Source of the DNA: Candidatus Cloacimonadota bacterium
GTDB lineage: Bacteria > Cloacimonadota > Cloacimonadia > JGIOTU-2
Assembly (NCBI GenBank): GCA_030613025.1
Contig: JAUWMT010000003.1
Location: 14,752-78,751 of the forward strand
Direction of reading: 5' to 3'
DNA: 64,000 nucleotides
Each line of letters opens with the position of its first letter. Positions within the stretch are counted from its first letter, which is position 1. Below the pieces are notes generated by a model that ran no database searches, was not told the DNA's origin, and saw nothing but the letters and a program-made list of their open reading frames with translations. Positions 58,448-64,000 of this stretch are shown piece by piece. The position numbers and the translations under genes were made by a program.

Positions 58448-59203
58448 CTAATCCAAATAAGCTTCAATAACCTTGGGATCGTTCCGTACTTCTTCGGGTA
58501 AACCTTCGCTTATTTTCTGTCCTGCATCCATAAAGATAACTCTGCCGCATACTTCCGTAATTGCATCCATGTTATGCTCTATGATGATCACGGATTTGCC
58601 TTCTTCAGGAAGCATTTTGATTATCTTTATTATCTCATCGATCATTGCAGGATTTATTCCTGCGATCGGCTCATCGAGTAATAACAACTTAGGGTCAGAA
58701 GCCAAACAGCACACTATGCTCAACAATTTCTGCTGCCCGTAAGACAGATCATTTGCCAGATCATATGACTTTTCATTTAAACCTGCAAAATCCAACAACT
58801 CAACAGCTTTTTTCCTATTTTCCGTTTCTATTTCTTTCACTTTTTTGTTTCTTAGGAAAACATTTTCCAGATGCTCTCCAGGTTGTTTACTAAAGGATAG
58901 TAGCACATTTTCCAGAACCGTCATCTGTCGTATTAACCTGAGATCCTGAAAGGTTCTTGAAATCCCAAGATTATTGATCTTATATGCCGGTTTTTTTGAA
59001 ATATCCTTTTTATTAAAAACTATTGATCCTGAATCCTGATTAATAAAACCCGTAATAACATTAAAAAGCGTTGATTTTCCTGCTCCGTTTGGGCCAATCA
59101 AACCAACGATCTCTTGTTTCTTTACCGTACAGCTAAAATCATCGAGTGCAACGATCCCGTTAAAATGTTTATTACATTTTTGGATATTTAATAATGTTTC
59201 CAT
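58448..59203 (-). CDS. livG: Branched-chain amino acid type ABC ATPase
   Basis: GLIGPNGAGKSTLFN, ISRTFQ, LSYGQQK, EHNM, DPKVIEAYL. Confidence 0.88.
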   Translation of the reverse strand: METLLNIQKCNKHFNGIVALDDFSCTVKKQEIVGLIGPNGAGKSTLFNVITGFINQDSGSIVFNKKDISKKPAYKINNLGISRTFQDLRLIRQMTVLENVLLSFSKQPGEHLENVFLRNKKVKEIETENRKKAVELLDFAGLNEKSYDLANDLSYGQQKLLSIVCCLASDPKLLLLDEPIAGINPAMIDEIIKIIKMLPEEGKSVIIIEHNMDAITEVCGRVIFMDAGQKISEGLPEEVRNDPKVIEAYLD

Positions 59204-59357
59204 ATTTTAATTTTACACCTTGCTTCTGGTTACAAAGCCCCAGCTTTGTAATCCATTCATCAAAGATTCCCAAGCAGGAGTTCCACGCGATGCCACATGG
59301 CTGTCGTGGGAAAGAGAATAATAACCTTTTCCCGAAACAGAGTTTCTTATCCAGGTG

Positions 59358-59459
59358 TGTTCCCAAACAGGGGTTTGGGAACAAGCTGTATTAAGGATTT
59401 GGGAACAAGCTGTATCAGGAGTTTGGGAACAAGCCAGATCAGGAGTTTGGGAGCAAGAG
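59358..59459. repeat. REP-like hairpin followed by four 24-bp tandem units
   Basis: TGTTCCCAAAC..GTTTGGGAACA hairpin; TTTGGGAACAAG at 59374, 59398, 59422 and a variant at 59446. Confidence 0.8.
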
Positions 59460-59480
59460 AAAACTTGCCTTGATATAAAC

Positions 59481-59616
59481 ATTAGTGTTATTTCGTGTTC
59501 ACCCTGTGAAATCCTGCAAGGCAGGAACAGTCCCGATACGATTCCAGTGAAATAGGAAAAAGAGATTTCACAGGACAAATATATCGGGATTATTTCATTG
59601 GGTAAATTCGTGGCTA
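59481..59616. repeat. Nested micro-hairpin elements
   Basis: CCCTGTGAAAT..ATTTCATTGGG enclosing CCTGCAAGGCAGG and TCCCGATA..TATCGGGA, which itself encloses CCAGTGAAAT..ATTTCACAGG. Confidence 0.7.
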
Positions 59617-59625
59617 AAATAAATC

Positions 59626-60510
59626 TCATTTTTCATTATTCCTGTTAAAACTATATTCCCCGATAAATCCCCTTGGACGCCATAACATAAACACAACCAG
59701 AAGTCCGCCATATAACATTTGTCTGATATTCGCAGCCACGGAATTGGGTAATCCGATAAAGCGGAGTAATTCCGGCAGCATAACTAAAACGATCGCTCCC
59801 ACAACAGACCCTTTCAAATTTCCCGCGCCGCCGATGATCACAATTGAGATTATAAAAACAGATTCATTAACCGTGAAGCTGGTAGGATCGATATAGGTTA
59901 TGTACGTAGCATATAACACTCCGGCAATGGATGCCAGAGCAGCACTGACCATAAATATTTTCACTTTGAAAGCTGCAACGTTTTTACCAAGTGATTGAGT
60001 AAATACTTCATCTTCGCGAATTGCTTTAAGAATACGACCATAAGGTGAAGAGACGATCCTATTTGCGATAAAGTACGTAAAGACTGCTAAAATTGTTGTG
60101 AGAATTAAGAAACTCCAGTGATTATCGAACTTCAATCCAAAAATTACCGGTTGTGGAATTCCGGGAAGCCCCATGGGACCGCCTGTAAAAGAAACAAGAT
60201 TATTTAAAACACTGAAGGTGATGATCTGAAAAGCAAAAGTTGCGATAATAAAATAATCATCCTTTATTCGCAATGACGGAATTCCAACAATAGCTCCGAA
60301 AGCGCCTGCTGCGATGATCGCAAGAAAAATATTCAAAATAAAAGGTGTGTGCACATTGAGAGCCAGCAAAGCAACTACATAGGCGCCTACTCCGAAGAAA
60401 GCTGCATGTGCCATGGAAAGAATTCCTGTGTAACCGGCTAATAGATTCAGAGAAACTGAGAGAATGATGTATATTCCGATCAAGATAAAAATATGAAGCA
60501 GGTAGATCAT
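59626..60510 (-). CDS. livM: Branched-chain amino acid type ABC permease
   Basis: GYTGILSMAHAAFFGVGAY, TGGPMG, GRILKAIREDE, IIGGAG. Confidence 0.88.
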   Translation of the reverse strand: MIYLLHIFILIGIYIILSVSLNLLAGYTGILSMAHAAFFGVGAYVVALLALNVHTPFILNIFLAIIAAGAFGAIVGIPSLRIKDDYFIIATFAFQIITFSVLNNLVSFTGGPMGLPGIPQPVIFGLKFDNHWSFLILTTILAVFTYFIANRIVSSPYGRILKAIREDEVFTQSLGKNVAAFKVKIFMVSAALASIAGVLYATYITYIDPTSFTVNESVFIISIVIIGGAGNLKGSVVGAIVLVMLPELLRFIGLPNSVAANIRQMLYGGLLVVFMLWRPRGFIGEYSFNRNNEK

Positions 60511-61298
60511 ACCCCAAATCCTTTCCTGAAAGAATCAAATAGATTAATTATTTCTCTACCCTTAGCAGTATCATATTTAGATATTTTCTGAATAACAGTT
60601 GAGAATTCATCATTAAAATGTTCAAGAAAAGATATAACAAATTCTTGTTCTTCTTTTTGTAGATATTGTTTCAGATCAGTCCCCAGTAAGAATGCTCCCC
60701 GATCTTCATAATTCACTTCCAAAGGAATAGTTGCATCAAACCTTCTTTCGCTCATTTCCAATGATTCATAATTCTGAAAGATAAAAATTATATCTTCAAT
60801 ATCTTTGGTTATATTTTGATTAATTCCTCGATCTAAAAAAGCTAAAATTTTGGTGAAAAGTAAAATATGTAATGGAACGACTGGAATATGTAAATCCGGC
60901 TGGATTTCTATTTTTATTGAGTTTTTTAGAAGACGATCAAAACCAAAAACATTGAGAGTATATCCCGAACCGGGTAATGTTAGAAGACCATCCTTTACTT
61001 CACTATTTAAATAAGGAACAATATCCAGAACAGTACCCTGAAATATAAATCTCAATTCAAAACGATCTTCTTTAAATCCTAAATCGAAAAGTTCTTGCTT
61101 TATTATCTCAAAATCTTTCCAGGAATTTGATTGGAGAGTAATATCAATATCTCGCGTTGGTCGATGTTCTGACATTACCGGAAAATCGATCAAGATGCGA
61201 GGAACTTGTGCTCCTATTAATGCGTAATTTATTCCTTTTTCCCGAAAATATTTATCGAGTATTTTTAGAGTCGCTATTAATTCAGGTTCTAATTTCAT
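60507..61298 (-). CDS. AbiEii-like nucleotidyltransferase toxin (type IV TA)
   Basis: LIGA..R.T.DID motif; K..AFLDR..KDIEDI. Confidence 0.8.
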   Translation of the reverse strand: MKLEPELIATLKILDKYFREKGINYALIGAQVPRILIDFPVMSEHRPTRDIDITLQSNSWKDFEIIKQELFDLGFKEDRFELRFIFQGTVLDIVPYLNSEVKDGLLTLPGSGYTLNVFGFDRLLKNSIKIEIQPDLHIPVVPLHILLFTKILAFLDRGINQNITKDIEDIIFIFQNYESLEMSERRFDATIPLEVNYEDRGAFLLGTDLKQYLQKEEQEFVISFLEHFNDEFSTVIQKISKYDTAKGREIINLFDSFRKGFGV

Positions 61299-62341
61299 TT
61301 AAACATCTCTTTTATATATTTATCAAAGATAATTTCTGCTGTTTCTATTGCTCGATCATTTCCTTGAAAAAGAAGTTCTGCATACATCATTATAGGCAAA
61401 ACAAGGGGAGCAGAAAAAGACTTATCTTTAAATAACAGTTCATCCGAATATAATTCAAAAAGACGCATGTTATATTCTTTTGCCGGCGCTAATTTTAGTT
61501 GTTTGATCACATCCATCGTTTTTTCTTCCGGAATAAACACATCGATGCAACCTGCCCTAAAATATTGAGATAGAATTTCTGCTCCTGTTTCTCCCCCGTA
61601 AGCAAAATCAACAGTGCTATTTTTTAGGATTTGAGCTATTTTTTGAATATCCATTTTGGGAGATATTTTATACGTTCCTATCAAAAGATTCGGTCGTAAT
61701 CGTTCTCCATAATTCTCTATCCACTTGTCAAATAGTCTTTTTTTGTCATATAATTCAGATTTGTTTTCAGCAGTTTTTATAATAAATCCGTTATTCCTTA
61801 ATTCTTTCATAATAGTTCCGGTTCTACCCAATGAAATACCGGAAATTCGAGCTAAATCTCGAAGAGAATAATTTATTGCATCTTCATGTGTCAATAACAG
61901 AGTCAATAACTGAAGTCCTTTGGATTGGAATATCGCTGTTGATTGTTTTTCTTCTGGTACTTTTAACTTATTTCCCTGCACATCGATATAAAGATGATTC
62001 GGAATATGGATAAACGCATTACCCTGAGAATCGATAAAATTTACATTATTTTTTTTCAGATCTCCAGCAATAGACGAATTTACATATTCGGCAAATAATA
62101 TGAAGTTTTCATTTATATTCTTTTGATATATATATAATTGTTCGGGAATGGGTCGTTTGATTATTCTCTTAATTTCATACACAAAAAGCAATTTTCCTTT
62201 ATCGATATGAACTTCTAATAAACCATCTATTCTATGACCTTTTGTATTTATTTCACTCTTCTTAATTTTGATCTCTTTGACAGGAGCTAATGCTTTCAAT
62301 CTCTCGAGACAACGATTCAGGATATTTTTTTCATTTTTCAT
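61295..62341 (-). CDS. AbiEi-like antitoxin/transcriptional regulator (type IV TA)
   Basis: NFID.QGNAFI, HTH SLRDLARISGISLG, GGE.GA, YAELL..GNDRAIETA; overlaps the toxin gene. Confidence 0.8.
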   Translation of the reverse strand: MKNEKNILNRCLERLKALAPVKEIKIKKSEINTKGHRIDGLLEVHIDKGKLLFVYEIKRIIKRPIPEQLYIYQKNINENFILFAEYVNSSIAGDLKKNNVNFIDSQGNAFIHIPNHLYIDVQGNKLKVPEEKQSTAIFQSKGLQLLTLLLTHEDAINYSLRDLARISGISLGRTGTIMKELRNNGFIIKTAENKSELYDKKRLFDKWIENYGERLRPNLLIGTYKISPKMDIQKIAQILKNSTVDFAYGGETGAEILSQYFRAGCIDVFIPEEKTMDVIKQLKLAPAKEYNMRLFELYSDELLFKDKSFSAPLVLPIMMYAELLFQGNDRAIETAEIIFDKYIKEMFK

Positions 62342-62352
62342 TTTAACTACAC

Positions 62353-62420
62353 GCTCAATATATTTTTATGTTCAATCTGACTGAACATGCTTAATTATTG
62401 AACACTCAATTTAGAGTCAA
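62353..62420 (-). promoter_or_regulatory. Putative abiEi promoter with inverted-repeat operator
   Basis: TTGACT -35 (62415-62420); TGTTCA/TGAACA half-sites at 62369, 62382 and 62399. Confidence 0.5.
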
Positions 62421-62568
62421 GAAAAAATTCAATCTCACTTCAGCATCAAACTGAGTTGTTGAAAACGATCGATATGTTTGAATGATCGATCTGATCGATT
62501 ATAGCTTTTTTTCGATCAATATAACTCGACTCGGGTTAGAAGGTTCTGAAGTGTTTGAATGGTGAACA

Positions 62569-63444
62569 TTACACCGTTTGTTTCCTTATTTTCCTGCCAA
62601 AGAAACCTTCCGGCTTGAACAATAGGAACAGCACAAGTATTACAAAGGCAATTGCATCCTTCCATTGCGAGCTGATATACCATACGCCGAAGTTCTGGGC
62701 AAAACCAAGAAGCAAAGCAGCACACACCATGCCTTTTATATTATTTCCACCCACGATCATTACCACCATGCCCATGAGCAGGGCTTTCATTCCCATGGTG
62801 GGTGTCATATCCACATCCAATGAAACAAGAATACCTGCAAGAGCTGCCAACCCGGAACCGATTGCAAAGGACCACAAGATCACACGATTTGTATTTATGC
62901 CCGTATATTCCGCCAGTTCCCTATCGCTTGCTACGGCTTGCATAGACCTGCCGAGTTGAGTTTTTTTATAAAATTGAATTATTAAAATTGTTACCACAAT
63001 TGCTGTTATTATGATTACAATTTGGATGGGAGTAATGCGAGCGCCGAATATATTAATACCCTCTTTTACCACACCGGAACGAATGGACTTTGTATCGTCC
63101 CCAAATAGCATTGAAATAAGATTTTGCAAAAAAATGTAAATTCCCAGCGAAGCAAGAAGCATTACAATTGAAGATGTACCTTTTTTTCTTAATGGTTTAT
63201 ATATGAAATTTTCTATGGAACAGCCAAGAACTATTGCAAATATTATTGCTAATGGGATTGAGATGTAGATTGAGAAACCAAGCAATTTATATAATAGAAA
63301 GGCAAAATAAGCTCCGGATGTGAAAATCACAGCGTGAGCGAAATGAAAGAATCGGGTTGTTGAATAGATTATTGAGAAACTTATTGCAATTAATAAATAT
63401 GTACAGGAAGATGCTATTGAAATATAAAATAATTGAGGAAGCAT
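62569..63444 (-). CDS. livH: Branched-chain amino acid type ABC permease
   Basis: FHFAHA, T.LGRSMQAVA..ELA..GIN, LAALAGIL, LLFKPEGFFG. Confidence 0.88.
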   Translation of the reverse strand: MLPQLFYISIASSCTYLLIAISFSIIYSTTRFFHFAHAVIFTSGAYFAFLLYKLLGFSIYISIPLAIIFAIVLGCSIENFIYKPLRKKGTSSIVMLLASLGIYIFLQNLISMLFGDDTKSIRSGVVKEGINIFGARITPIQIVIIITAIVVTILIIQFYKKTQLGRSMQAVASDRELAEYTGINTNRVILWSFAIGSGLAALAGILVSLDVDMTPTMGMKALLMGMVVMIVGGNNIKGMVCAALLLGFAQNFGVWYISSQWKDAIAFVILVLFLLFKPEGFFGRKIRKQTV

Positions 63445-63457
63445 TTATTATTAGAAA

Positions 63458-63700
63458 TCAATAACCAGAAGAAGAACATAAGACCAATTTCTCATTGAAT
63501 TGTGCATCAACAGTATCACTTTTATTGATATTGAATGATCTAATTATTTCTTTATGTTCCTTTTTTTCAATACCAAGATTATTTAAAACGTTTATTGGAT
63601 TTGAAAAAAAACTATTTCTATTATCCTCAGACTCTAATAAATATTTGAAAATGTCATCAGAGAAATCTTCATTTAATTCAGAAATTCTTTTATTATTCAT
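63458..63700 (-). CDS. Small protein; candidate NHLP-like RiPP precursor
   Basis: 80 aa; RNSFFSNPINVLNNLGI leader-like helix; C-terminal KLVLCSSSGY; AAGGAG RBS and ATGA overlap with the upstream gene. Confidence 0.5.
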   Translation of the reverse strand: MNNKRISELNEDFSDDIFKYLLESEDNRNSFFSNPINVLNNLGIEKKEHKEIIRSFNINKSDTVDAQFNEKLVLCSSSGY

Positions 63701-63999
63701 CGTAAACTCCTTTGTAAAATACGGTTATATTCGAAACCATCCAAAATGCTTTTCCATTGATTGGTTTTAAGTTTTATTTTTACTGTTAATTTATCTAATG
63801 TGTTTTCATTTAACCTATCATTTTTTATTAAATTAATAACAATAAAAAAGTGATTTTTCATATCGTCCATAACTAACATTTCAATGTTATGGAAAATCTT
63901 CTTAGTATTAAGAATGTCAAGATTCGTTTTTCTGAATCCGTTTTCTAAAGCAAATAGTCTAAATCTAATTTTTCTTTCAAGCAATTTTAATCTATATGC
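63697..63999 (-). CDS. C-terminal part of an unidentified protein (runs off the window)
   Basis: Frame is open to the window end; stop overlaps the start of the small peptide gene. Confidence 0.55.
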   Translation of the reverse strand, partial: AYRLKLLERKIRFRLFALENGFRKTNLDILNTKKIFHNIEMLVMDDMKNHFFIVINLIKNDRLNENTLDKLTVKIKLKTNQWKSILDGFEYNRILQRSLR

Positions 64000-64000
64000 T

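Noticed and set aside
59374-59459. Possible CRISPR array
   Set aside because: The period is only 24 bp, the 11-12-bp intervening parts resemble each other, and no cas genes are present; it is a tandem amplification of a REP arm.
59172-59629. ORFs 59213-59629, 59172-59384, 59194-59394 and 59355-59555
   Set aside because: They are translations of repeat DNA (CSQTPD/VWEQA units) with no protein-like features.

Overview
AT-rich bacterial chromosome segment. The organism is probably Candidatus Cloacimonadota or a related FCB-group lineage; this is inferred from ten proteins with FlgD-Ig/Por-type C-terminal domains (CTDs) and a PorV-like gene. Left part: AddB-like nuclease, mscS, mfd plus three SurA/PPIase genes, and malQ. 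Next is an IS110 element whose non-coding end can be decoded by eye as a bridge RNA matching its own target and donor sites; it has inserted into a REP-like palindrome. The centre (about 17.6-53.7 kb, minus strand) is a large alpha-glucan locus with no SusC/SusD or TonB-dependent receptor. It encodes two GH57/GH119-like and one GH13 enzyme, CBM48 lipoproteins, two unknown outer-membrane barrels, a PorV-like protein, several CTD proteins sharing uncharacterised domains, a MalE-MalF fusion plus MalG, and GlgM/GlgE. An AT-rich block (PIN TA, legumain-like protease, FG-GAP protein) interrupts it. Right part: NfeD, TPR and HAD genes, then a Liv-type ABC operon split by an AbiE-like TA pair and preceded by a candidate NHLP-like RiPP precursor. 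Intergenic DNA is full of MITEs and nested micro-hairpin elements. Three genes carry a single in-frame stop. No rRNA, tRNA or CRISPR was seen. All calls come from motif reading; no database search was run.
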